Positions 8,368-15,886 of a stretch of 32,000 nucleotides of DNA are shown here, in pieces. The notes under the pieces were generated by a model. It was not told the origin of the DNA and ran no database searches. It saw nothing but the letters and a program-made list of their open reading frames with translations. This stretch comes from Cupriavidus necator. GTDB taxonomy: Bacteria; Pseudomonadota; Gammaproteobacteria; Burkholderiales; Burkholderiaceae. Both the position numbers and the translations under genes were made by a program. The DNA lies in NCBI RefSeq assembly GCF_016127575.1, contig NZ_CP066019.1, positions 1,950,001 through 1,982,000 of the forward strand. Reading direction: 5' to 3'. Position 1 is the stretch's first letter. Each line of letters starts with the position of its first letter.

Positions 8368-9351
8368 CTACTGCCCCGCTTTCACGCCGGATTGCCTGAC
8401 CACCGGCGCCAGCTTGCCGATCTCCGCCTGGATATAGGCAGCGAACTCCTGCGGCGACGAGCGCTTTGGCTCCGCGCCCTGGGCGGCCAGGCGCTCGCGC
8501 ACATCCGGCGCGGCCAAGGCCTTGCCGATCTCGGCATTGAGCGCATCGACGATTTCCTTCGGGGTGCCGGCGGGCGCCAGCACGCCGAACCAGGAGTCGA
8601 ACGCGTAGCCGGGGAAGCCGGACTCCGCCACCGTGGGAATCTCCGGCAGCGCGCTGGCGCGCCTGGCCGTGGTGACCGCCAGCGCCCGCAGCTTGCCCTG
8701 CCTGACGAACGGCATGGCCGATACGCTGGGCGCAAACATCATGTCGCCCCGGCCAGCCATGACGTCGGTCAGCGCTTCGCCCGTGCCCTTGTACGGGATA
8801 TGGACGATGTCAATGCCGGCCTGCATCTTGAACATCTCGCCGCTCAGGTGGGTGGAGCTGCCCGAACCCGCCGAGTCGAAATTCAGCCCGCCCGGCGTCG
8901 CCTTGGCGGCGTTGACGACGTCCCGCACCGACTTGTACTTGCTGGCGGCATTGACCACCAGCACATTGGGGACCGTGGCCACCAGCGAGACCGGCGCGAA
9001 GTCCTTCACCGTGTCATACGAGAGCTTGGGATACAGCGTGGCGTTGATGGCGTGCCCGACCGAAACCAGGATCAGCGTGTAGCCATCCGGCGCCGCCTTG
9101 GCCACGCCGGTGGCACCCAGGGTGCCGCCGGCGCCGGGGCGGTTGTCCACGATCACCTGGTAAGTGCCGCCCTCGCCCATCTTGCTGCCGATGATGCGCG
9201 CCAGGATGTCGGTGGCGCTGCCGGCCGAGAACGGCACCACCAGCCGGATCGGCTTGCTGGGATATTGCGGTTGCGCGTGGGCGGCGGGTGCGGCCGCCAG
9301 CATGAGCGATGACGCCAGCGCCAGCACGGTGCCTTGGATGGATCGAATCAT
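8368..9351 (-). CDS. Bug-family (TctC-like) tripartite tricarboxylate transporter substrate-binding protein
   Basis: Track ORF 8368..9387, trimmed to MIRSIQGTVLALASSLMLAAAPAAHA (signal peptide) with a GAGGAG SD 7 nt upstream. Bug hallmark YPSKPIRLVVPFSAGSATDILAR present. Confidence 0.9.
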   Translation of the reverse strand: MIRSIQGTVLALASSLMLAAAPAAHAQPQYPSKPIRLVVPFSAGSATDILARIIGSKMGEGGTYQVIVDNRPGAGGTLGATGVAKAAPDGYTLILVSVGHAINATLYPKLSYDTVKDFAPVSLVATVPNVLVVNAASKYKSVRDVVNAAKATPGGLNFDSAGSGSSTHLSGEMFKMQAGIDIVHIPYKGTGEALTDVMAGRGDMMFAPSVSAMPFVRQGKLRALAVTTARRASALPEIPTVAESGFPGYAFDSWFGVLAPAGTPKEIVDALNAEIGKALAAPDVRERLAAQGAEPKRSSPQEFAAYIQAEIGKLAPVVRQSGVKAGQ

Positions 9352-9405
9352 TCTGTGTCTCCTCACTCCAGAAGCGAGCGCGAACACCGCGCGTCGCCGA
9401 TGAAT

Positions 9406-9432
9406 GCGGCATGCCCATGCCGGGCGTGCCGC
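9406..9432 (-). terminator. Hairpin after the porin stop (possible attenuator or terminator)
   Basis: CGGCATG-CC-CATGCCG (9407-9422), with alternative outer pairing GCGGCA/TGCCGC (9406-9411 / 9427-9432). Lies 6 nt downstream of stop 9439 on the minus strand. U-tract is weak. Confidence 0.35.
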
Positions 9433-9438
9433 CCTGCT

Positions 9439-10542
9439 TCAGAAGAAGTGCCGCATGCCGAGCGCGACCGTCTGCGGGTCTGAACCCGCGCTCACGCCCA
9501 GTTCATTGATGGCAAAGTCGTAGATCGCATTGCGCTTGTTGTTGATGCGGCTGTAGTACGCATACAGCGCGGTGCGCTTGGACAGCGGATAGTCATAGCC
9601 GACCGTGACCTGCGTGGCACCCGTTTCCGCGCCACTGCGGAAGAAGCCCACGGTCTCGGTCGCATTGCCCGCGCCATTGCTGGCAAGGCCAAAACCGACG
9701 CGCACGCTGCCCGGCCCGAGCTTCTGCACCAGCGACGCGTAGTACCCGTTGCGGGTCAGGTCGCCGGTCGCGGTGCGGTAGTGGAGCCGTTCATAGAGCA
9801 GCGCCACGGTGGTGGTGGGGAACTTGTACGAGACGCCCGCCTTCATCGCATCATCGTTGCGGCCGGCGGTCTGGTAGTGCTGGTGGACTTCATAGGCCAG
9901 CACCACGTTGAGCGGGCCGTTGTCGTAGGCCGCCGAGAACGAATACAACCCGGGATTGCGCGGTACGGTGGTCTTCTCCTCATTCACGCCCCACGCCGCG
10001 GCGCCGCTGAAGCCGGCGAACGACGGCGACTTGTAGACGATGATGTTCTTCTGCCGGCGGTCGAACGAGCTGGTGTCCTGGACGTTGTCGGAGCTGGACG
10101 TGGAGCCGTTGCCGATCAGCGCCATATAGCCGGCGGTGGTCGGATAGTACGGGTCGTAGGCCATTGTCGATTCGGTGTATGGGGTCTGCCAATGCCCCAG
10201 GAACAGCGTGCCGGCATCGCCCTGCAGCCCCACCCGCGTATTGCGCCCGGCCACCTGGCCTTGGCCGGTATCGAGCGAGAAATTGCTTTCGATCTGCCAG
10301 ATGGCTTTCAGGCTGCCGCCCAGGCCTTCTTCGCCGCGCATGCCGAAGACTGAGCGGTTGTTGGTCAGGCGCCCCACGCCGCCAAGGCGGGTGCCGTCGG
10401 TCGCGGTGTTGGCATAGGAATACTCCAGTGCCGTATTGATGCGCCCGTACAGCGTCACGGCCGACTGCGCGCTGGCCTCGCCGCCACAGGCTGCGGCCAT
10501 GGCCAGCATGAGCAGATGGCTGGGCTTTCTGATGGACTTCAT
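9439..10542 (-). CDS. Outer-membrane porin (Gram-negative trimeric porin family)
   Basis: Track ORF 9439..10704, trimmed to MKSIRKPSHLLMLAMAAACGGEASA|QSAVTLYGRIN with a GGGGAGA SD. Alternating beta-strand pattern. C-terminal ...VALGMRHFF is typical of Burkholderiales porins. Confidence 0.9.
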   Translation of the reverse strand: MKSIRKPSHLLMLAMAAACGGEASAQSAVTLYGRINTALEYSYANTATDGTRLGGVGRLTNNRSVFGMRGEEGLGGSLKAIWQIESNFSLDTGQGQVAGRNTRVGLQGDAGTLFLGHWQTPYTESTMAYDPYYPTTAGYMALIGNGSTSSSDNVQDTSSFDRRQKNIIVYKSPSFAGFSGAAAWGVNEEKTTVPRNPGLYSFSAAYDNGPLNVVLAYEVHQHYQTAGRNDDAMKAGVSYKFPTTTVALLYERLHYRTATGDLTRNGYYASLVQKLGPGSVRVGFGLASNGAGNATETVGFFRSGAETGATQVTVGYDYPLSKRTALYAYYSRINNKRNAIYDFAINELGVSAGSDPQTVALGMRHFF

Positions 10543-10597
10543 TTGTCTCCCCTGGTTTGTCGTGGTTGTTGTGGGCGGGCCGTCTGCCCCGCTCTTT

Positions 10598-10611
10598 TGC
10601 AATCGTTTGCA
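10598..10611 (-). promoter_or_regulatory. LacI-type operator-like near-palindrome TGCAATCGTTTGCA
   Basis: Lies in the 85-nt cupin-porin spacer, 17 nt after the cupin stop. Differs by one arm position from the perfect palindrome at 14662-14675. Confidence 0.5.
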
Positions 10612-10627
10612 GTCCGGCCCAAAAACA

Positions 10628-10969
10628 TCAGCTCTTGGGATACGGCATCGCCAGCAACAGCATCGCCGGCCGATTGCCCGGGTTGAACACCTGCCGCGCC
10701 TCACCCGGCGCCACGCGCACGGAATCGAACTGGGCCAGCGTCACGCGCTCGTCGGGCGTGGCGATGCAGACTTCGCCTTCCAGCACGACGTAGTGCTTTT
10801 CCACGGGCGCGGCATCCATCGACGTATGGCCGCCCGGCAACAGCACCGAGACCCCCATCCACAAGGCTTCGGACGGTCCCGCTTCATGCCCTTGCAGGCG
10901 CAGGCAGTGCATGCCTTCATGATTGGCCGGAAAGTAGGCCGGCGCCTGCGCGAACCGGGTCGTGTTCAC
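10628..10969 (-). CDS. Cupin-domain protein
   Basis: 113-aa ORF with a GTG start that overlaps the MDR stop (GTGA). The stretch GGHTSMDAAPVEKHYVVLEGEV...VRVAPGEARQVFN fits the cupin_2 two-motif pattern. Confidence 0.8.
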   Translation of the reverse strand: MNTTRFAQAPAYFPANHEGMHCLRLQGHEAGPSEALWMGVSVLLPGGHTSMDAAPVEKHYVVLEGEVCIATPDERVTLAQFDSVRVAPGEARQVFNPGNRPAMLLLAMPYPKS

Positions 10970-11943
10970 GGCTTCAGCACCACGCGTTCGGTCGCGCCTT
11001 GCAGGACCGCCCGGTAGGCCTCCTTGGCGTCGGAGAGCGAATAGGTGTAGTCGGAGAAGACCGGGAACGGCCGCAGCGCACCCGAGGCGAACATCGGTGC
11101 GAGCTGGTCAAGGATGCCCGCGCAGGCGTTGCTGTCCAGCGCAAGGGTGTCGACGCCCACATAGGTGTGCTGGCCACGATAGAAGGCGAAGATGTCAAAC
11201 GGCACCGGCTTCTCAATGGTCGAGATGAAGATCTGCGCCGCGCCGATCGCCATGGCCTGGTTGGCCTGTTCGAAGTAGGGGCTTCCCACCGTGTTGTAGA
11301 CGATGTCCGCACCGTGTCCGTCGGTCTCTTCGCGCACCACCGCGGCAATGGATTCGCTGCTGGCATCGATCATGCGCACGTCGCCGCTGGCATGGCCGCG
11401 ATAGGCTTCCGCGGTGCGCTCCACCGCAAAAACACGCGCGCCGAGCGCGGTGGCGATCTGGATCGTAGCCTGCCCCACCTTGCCATTGCCGCCACACACC
11501 AGCACGGTGCTGCCAGCCTGCGGCATGCCCGCGCGGCGCAGCCCTTCATAGGCGGTAATGAACGGCACCCCCACGGCGCCGGCTTCCAGCAGCGACACCG
11601 ACGCCGGTTTGGCGCGCACGGCGCTGGCCTGGATGCGCAGATACTTGCCATGCGTGCCGTCGCGGCGGATGCCGAGCTCGCCGCCGCTGCCCCAGACCGG
11701 CTGGCCCAGCAGCTCGGAGGGTCCGTCGACCACCAGGCCTGCGTAGTCGCGGCCTGGCGTGCGCGGCCAGACCGCATGCGGCATCAGGCCGAGCGTTGCC
11801 TTCACGTCGCTCGGATTGACCCCGGCACTGGCCACTTCGATGATGACCTGACCCTGCGCCGCTTCCGGGCGCGGCACGCCGAGCAGCTCCAGCTGCAGGG
11901 CGTCGATATTGGCGGCTTTCTCGCTGACTCGAATGGTGTTCAT
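10966..11943 (-). CDS. MDR-superfamily NAD(P)H-dependent oxidoreductase (quinone oxidoreductase/zinc-ADH-like)
   Basis: Track ORF 10966..12306, trimmed to MNTIRVSEKAANIDALQLE with an AGGAAGGAAG SD. Motifs: GVNPSDVK, and the Rossmann motif VLVCGGNGKVGQATIQIA. Confidence 0.9.
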   Translation of the reverse strand: MNTIRVSEKAANIDALQLELLGVPRPEAAQGQVIIEVASAGVNPSDVKATLGLMPHAVWPRTPGRDYAGLVVDGPSELLGQPVWGSGGELGIRRDGTHGKYLRIQASAVRAKPASVSLLEAGAVGVPFITAYEGLRRAGMPQAGSTVLVCGGNGKVGQATIQIATALGARVFAVERTAEAYRGHASGDVRMIDASSESIAAVVREETDGHGADIVYNTVGSPYFEQANQAMAIGAAQIFISTIEKPVPFDIFAFYRGQHTYVGVDTLALDSNACAGILDQLAPMFASGALRPFPVFSDYTYSLSDAKEAYRAVLQGATERVVLKP

Positions 11944-11984
11944 GGTGCTTCCTTCCTGAAATGTTTGGTTCGGTATGGCCGGGA

Positions 11985-12869
11985 TCAGGCCTCGCGCAGG
12001 CCAAGCGTGCGCCGGGCCTCGGCCGACGACGCAATCTCGCCGCCGAGCGACCTGACGATGTCGCGCGCCTTGGCGACCAGCGCCGCGTTGCTTGGCGCCA
12101 GCACGCCCTTCTCCAGATAGATGTTGTCTTCCATGCCGACACGCACGTGTCCGCCTGCAAGCCATGCCTGGGCCACGATCGGGAACTCCGCGCGGCCGAT
12201 GCCGAAGGCCGACCAGTGGGCGCCGGCGGGCAGCATGCTGCGCGCGTAGAAAATGGTTTCCGGCGTGGCCGCAAAGCCGTACTTCACGCCCAGCACCAGG
12301 GTCCACAGGCCGGGGCCGTCCAGCACGCCTTCACGGATGAAGTCGAGCGCCATATTGAGGTCGCCGGAATCGAAGATCTCCAGCTCGGGCATGACACCGG
12401 CCGCGCGGATCACGCCGGCCATCTTGCGCACGTTGGTGGGCGTGTTGATGACCACGTCGCCGCCGGAGTTCATGGTGTTCAGGTCGAGCGAGCAGACGTC
12501 CGGGCGCAGCGCCGCGATGTGTTCGACGCGCTTGGCGGGATGCAGCAGCGTGGTGCCCGGCGCGGCCACGCGCGGCTCGTCCTCGCTCGGCACGAAGCGG
12601 CCACCGGGCCCGGTGGTGAGGTTGATGATCAGCGAGCGGTTGCGTTTGCGGATGCGGTCGATGACATCGGCGTAGTAGTCGAGCGACATCGACGGGCGCC
12701 CCGTTTCGGGGTCGCGCACGTGGATGTGGGCGGCGGCTGCGCCGGCCTCGGCGGCTTCCAGCGCGGCGTCGGCAATCTGGGCCGGCGTGACCGGCAAGCC
12801 GGGGTGCTGCTCCGGGGTGACGATATTACCGGTCACCGCGCAGGTGATGATGGTCTTGCGTGCGTGCAT
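11985..12869 (-). CDS. BKACE-family (3-keto-5-aminohexanoate cleavage enzyme-like, DUF849) beta-keto acid cleavage enzyme
   Basis: 294-aa ORF. MHARKTIITCAVTGNIVTPEQHPGLPVTPAQIADAALEAAEAGAAAAHIHVRDPETG is the characteristic BKACE N-terminus (TIM barrel; HxH zinc site). Confidence 0.9.
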   Translation of the reverse strand: MHARKTIITCAVTGNIVTPEQHPGLPVTPAQIADAALEAAEAGAAAAHIHVRDPETGRPSMSLDYYADVIDRIRKRNRSLIINLTTGPGGRFVPSEDEPRVAAPGTTLLHPAKRVEHIAALRPDVCSLDLNTMNSGGDVVINTPTNVRKMAGVIRAAGVMPELEIFDSGDLNMALDFIREGVLDGPGLWTLVLGVKYGFAATPETIFYARSMLPAGAHWSAFGIGRAEFPIVAQAWLAGGHVRVGMEDNIYLEKGVLAPSNAALVAKARDIVRSLGGEIASSAEARRTLGLREA

Positions 12870-12920
12870 GAGCGAAGGTCAGTGATGGAAATTCGGTTGG
12901 GTAAACAAGCGGGGCCCGGC

Positions 12921-13670
12921 CTATCCAAGCTGGCGGCCGCCGTCCACGACGATGGTGGTGCCGGTGGCAAAGCGCAGCGACGTCGCGCACGCCGCGATGG
13001 CATCGGCCACGTCCTGTGCCTGGCCGACGCGCTTGAGCGGCGTCGACTTGGCGGCGCGCTCGTTGAAGCCGCTGTCGCGTCCCGGCACGAAGGCGGTATC
13101 GACCACGCCCGGTGATACGTTCAGCACGCGGATATGCGGCGCCAGCGCGCGCCCGAGCGACATCGCCATGACATCGAGGCCGGCCTTGGCAGCGCAGTAC
13201 GCAACGTTGCTGCCCTGCCCCGTACGGCCGGCGATGGACCCGACATTGACCACCAGCCCGTCGCCATTGGCGCGCAGGTGCGGCGCGAACGCACGGATCG
13301 CAGCAAACTGCCCGCGCCAGTTGATGGTAAACAGTTCATCGATCAGCGCATCGTCCAGGGCGTCCAGGTCGGCGTGCGGGATCGCCCGCGTAAAGCCTGC
13401 GGTGTTCACCAGGATATCGACGCGGCCGTAGTGATGGCTGACCTCGTCGGCCAGCGCGCGCAGCGAGGCGCTGTCGGCAACCTCGGCCACAGCGGCAAGA
13501 TGGTTGCCGGCCGGCAAGGCCGCCGCGGCACTGGCCGCCTCGTCGGCGTCGCGCCCGGTCAGCACGACGCTTGCGCCAAGGCGCGCCAGCGTTTCACCGG
13601 CGGCAAAGCCGATCGCGCCGGTGCCGCCGAGGATCACGGCCACCTTGCCGGAAAGAAAAGTAGCACTCAT
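12921..13670 (-). CDS. SDR-family oxidoreductase
   Basis: 249-aa ORF with GKVAVILGGTGAIG, NTAG and YCAAKAG (YxxxK) motifs. Confidence 0.9.
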   Translation of the reverse strand: MSATFLSGKVAVILGGTGAIGFAAGETLARLGASVVLTGRDADEAASAAAALPAGNHLAAVAEVADSASLRALADEVSHHYGRVDILVNTAGFTRAIPHADLDALDDALIDELFTINWRGQFAAIRAFAPHLRANGDGLVVNVGSIAGRTGQGSNVAYCAAKAGLDVMAMSLGRALAPHIRVLNVSPGVVDTAFVPGRDSGFNERAAKSTPLKRVGQAQDVADAIAACATSLRFATGTTIVVDGGRQLG

Positions 13671-13712
13671 GGTTTCAATGTGGGAATGGGTCAGGGGAAG
13701 CCGATCCGGCGA

Positions 13713-14648
13713 TCAGTCGATCGGCGGCTTCGGGAAGGTCTGCTCGCCGGGCTCGAGCGTGAAATCGAACGCCAGTGTGTAGAACGGCGCCGGCACATCG
13801 CCCCACGGGCTGGGGCCTTGATGGTGCAGCCGGAGATCGCCAACCAGCTGCCGATGCACGCCGAACGTGACATCGGATTCCAGCTTGTCCGGCGCGTCGG
13901 CAAACACCTGGGTGACGAGCGTCCGGTAACCCGGCGCCGCGACGATGAAATGGATATGCGCCGGCCGGTACGGATGGCGTTGCTGCTCGGCCAGTAGCGT
14001 GCCTACCGGGCCGTGGGTCGGCACGGGATAGCCGGCAGGCCGTACCGTGCGAAAGTGGTAGCCGCCGCTTTCATCGGTATGGAAGCAGCCGCGCAGGTTG
14101 CGGTCGGGCTGGGCCGGATCCTGGTTGTCATACAGTCCCACCGGCGACGCCTGCCAGATCTCGACCAGCGCGCCTGGCAGCGGCGTGCCATCGGTCGCCC
14201 GCACGGTGCCGCTGACCAGCAGCGGCAAGCCAGGCGCGTCGTCCTGCACCACGCAGTCACCGCAGTCATAGCGCGGCGCGTTGGCGCGATAGAACGGGCC
14301 CAGCAGCGCGCCGGGCGTGCGCCCGTCCCTGGTGCTGTTATTCATGACGGTCACCAGCGTCGACAGCCCCAGCACGTCGGCAGCCAGCACAACCTCGTTG
14401 TGTTTGGCATTGGTCGCATGGCCCAGGCTGGCGATATACCCCAGGGCAAGCTCGAATTCCTCGTCGGACAGCCGCACCTCGGACAGGAACCCGTGAAGGT
14501 GCCGCACCAGGGAATCCATGATGAAGCGCAGGCGGGGATTGGCGGTATTGGCCATGGCCGCCTGGACCACGCCTGTCACCGAGTGTTCGTCCTCGATCAG
14601 CGCCAGACGCTCGCCTTGTGGCGCCTGCCGCTCGCTGGAAGTTTCCAT
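13713..14648 (-). CDS. Intradiol ring-cleavage dioxygenase (hydroxyquinol/catechol 1,2-dioxygenase family)
   Basis: Track ORF 13713..14666, trimmed to METSSERQ (AAGGAGG SD 6 nt upstream). N-terminal helical domain (NPRLRFIMDSLVRHLHGFLSEVRLSDEEF). C-terminal domain carries LLGPFY, GLYDNQ, RPAHIHF (Tyr/His iron ligands). Confidence 0.9.
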   Translation of the reverse strand: METSSERQAPQGERLALIEDEHSVTGVVQAAMANTANPRLRFIMDSLVRHLHGFLSEVRLSDEEFELALGYIASLGHATNAKHNEVVLAADVLGLSTLVTVMNNSTRDGRTPGALLGPFYRANAPRYDCGDCVVQDDAPGLPLLVSGTVRATDGTPLPGALVEIWQASPVGLYDNQDPAQPDRNLRGCFHTDESGGYHFRTVRPAGYPVPTHGPVGTLLAEQQRHPYRPAHIHFIVAAPGYRTLVTQVFADAPDKLESDVTFGVHRQLVGDLRLHHQGPSPWGDVPAPFYTLAFDFTLEPGEQTFPKPPID

Positions 14649-14661
14649 GTTTTGCCTCCTT

Positions 14662-14702
14662 TGCAAACGTTTGCATTATCGGCGGTTTCGACGGATGGTC
14701 AA
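14662..14702 (-). promoter_or_regulatory. Sigma70-like promoter (-35 TTGACC, 16 nt, -10 GATAAT) overlapped by perfect LacI-type operator TGCAAACGTTTGCA
   Basis: On the minus strand: TTGACC (14702-14697), 16-nt spacer, GATAAT (14680-14675). The last T of the -10 is the first base of the 14-bp perfect palindrome at 14675-14662. AAGGAGG and ATG 14648 follow immediately. Confidence 0.6.
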
Positions 14703-14885
14703 GGTCGAAGTTGGTCACCGCCACGACTAGCAACGGCTGCCGTTCAACCAGAATCACAATCAAAACAAGGGCGTACGGAGGATTTTCGGGAGAAACCCTA
14801 GGTGCATGCAGAGGCGCAGAATGTGGCGCATAAGCCTGTCCGAGTCCCCTGCCGATGCGGCTCCCCAGCCCGTTCGCGCATGAAT

Positions 14886-14999
14886 TTGTACCCGTCTGTA
14901 TCACGCAGCTGCAACGATACGTGTTTCGACAGAGACACCCCTCACGCGCTACGGGCCAGATACATCGATCGCCTTAAATGCATTCCGTGGCCCGGCGGC
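14886..14999 (+). promoter_or_regulatory. Conserved non-coding block upstream of small repeat-protein gene (copy 2)
   Basis: Partner of 6733-6846. Shared blocks: TGTACC/TGTATC (14887-14892, 14897-14902), ACGATACGTG (14914-14923), CAGATACA (14957-14964), AATGCAT (14977-14983). Confidence 0.45.
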
Positions 15000-15062
15000 G
15001 ATCCTCAACAAAGCCAGTCCCTGCCGCGCAATACCGAACCCAAACCTTTAAGGAAGACGATC

Positions 15063-15374
15063 ATGACTACCCACAACATCGCCAAGCGCTTTGTCTTCGC
15101 CATCGCCCTGGTTGCCGCCGCTGCCGGTGCGCAGGCCGCCGCACTGTCCCAGCCGGGCGCGCGAGACCCTTTCACCGACGGTGCCCGCTCCGTGCAAGAG
15201 GCACGCAGCCCGTACAGCGACGGCGCGCGTGCCGTCGACCCGTTCACGGACGGTGCGCGCAACGTCGATCCGTACTACGACGGCGCACGCACCCTGTCCG
15301 GCCTGGACCGCACCGGCGTTTCAGCGGACCCGGCGCGCAGTGTCGACCCCTATCTTGACGGCGCCTACGCCTGA
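15063..15374 (+). CDS. Small secreted tandem-repeat protein, DP[FY]x[DE]GAR repeats (copy 2)
   Basis: Track ORF 14802..15374, trimmed to the ATG at 15063 with an AAGGAAG SD 6 nt upstream. Signal peptide MTTHNIAKRFVFAIALVAAAAGAQA|AALSQPG. Repeats ARDPFTDGARSVQE / ARSPYSDGARAV / DPFTDGARNV / DPYYDGAR ... DPYLDGAYA. Confidence 0.8.
   Translation: MTTHNIAKRFVFAIALVAAAAGAQAAALSQPGARDPFTDGARSVQEARSPYSDGARAVDPFTDGARNVDPYYDGARTLSGLDRTGVSADPARSVDPYLDGAYA
15159..15290 (+). repeat. In-frame tandem repeats encoding the DP[FY]xDGAR units (copy 2)
   Basis: Four successive units of 42, 36, 30 and 24 nt, read directly from the sequence. Confidence 0.7.
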
Positions 15375-15407
15375 ACCCCGACTTTCTGAATAAACAAGGA
15401 GCGCATC

Positions 15408-15827
15408 ATGACCCGTATCGAAAAAGTGCTGTACACCGGCAAAGTCCACATCAGCGCAGGCGGACGCGACGGCGAAGCCCATAGCGATGACGGCCGGCTG
15501 AACCTTCAACTGTCCTCGCCGGGCACCAAAGGCCCGGGCACGAACCCGGAGCAATTGCTCGCCACGGGATGGTCGGCGTGCTTTATCGGCGCGATCGGGC
15601 TGGCCGCCGGCAAGATGAACGTGAAGCTGCCGGCCGAGCTTTCGGTCGACGCCGAGGTTGACCTGGGCATGGCTGGCGAGGCCTATTTGCTGCAGGCCCG
15701 GCTCAATGTCCACATCCCCGGCATCGACCGTGAAGTGGCCCAGGCACTGGTGGATACCGCGCACCGGACCTGCCCATACTCGAAGGCCCTGCACGGCAAC
15801 ATCCACGTCGAGACCAACCTGGTCTGA
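15408..15827 (+). CDS. ohr: Organic hydroperoxide resistance protein Ohr (OsmC/Ohr family)
   Basis: 139-aa ORF with an AAGGAG SD. Starts MTRIEKVLYTGKVHISAGGRDG. Both catalytic Cys contexts are present (GWSACFIGA and HRTCPYSKA). Confidence 0.95.
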   Translation: MTRIEKVLYTGKVHISAGGRDGEAHSDDGRLNLQLSSPGTKGPGTNPEQLLATGWSACFIGAIGLAAGKMNVKLPAELSVDAEVDLGMAGEAYLLQARLNVHIPGIDREVAQALVDTAHRTCPYSKALHGNIHVETNLV

Positions 15828-15837
15828 CACACACCGT

Positions 15838-15865
15838 GACCTGCCTGAGGCCAACCGGGCAGGTC
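15838..15865 (+). terminator. Hairpin between ohr and the downstream membrane-protein gene (possible attenuator)
   Basis: GACCTGCC (15838-15845) pairs with GGCAGGTC (15858-15865) around a 12-nt loop. No clear U-tract. Confidence 0.3.
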
Positions 15866-15886
15866 ATCTTCCGGAAGGAGGCTCCC

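Noticed and set aside
8368-9351. Bug/TctC binding proteins (also 25893-26855) without adjacent TctA/TctB membrane components, considered as an anomaly
   Set aside because: Orphan Bug genes are very common in Cupriavidus and Bordetella-type genomes. This is not unusual in itself.
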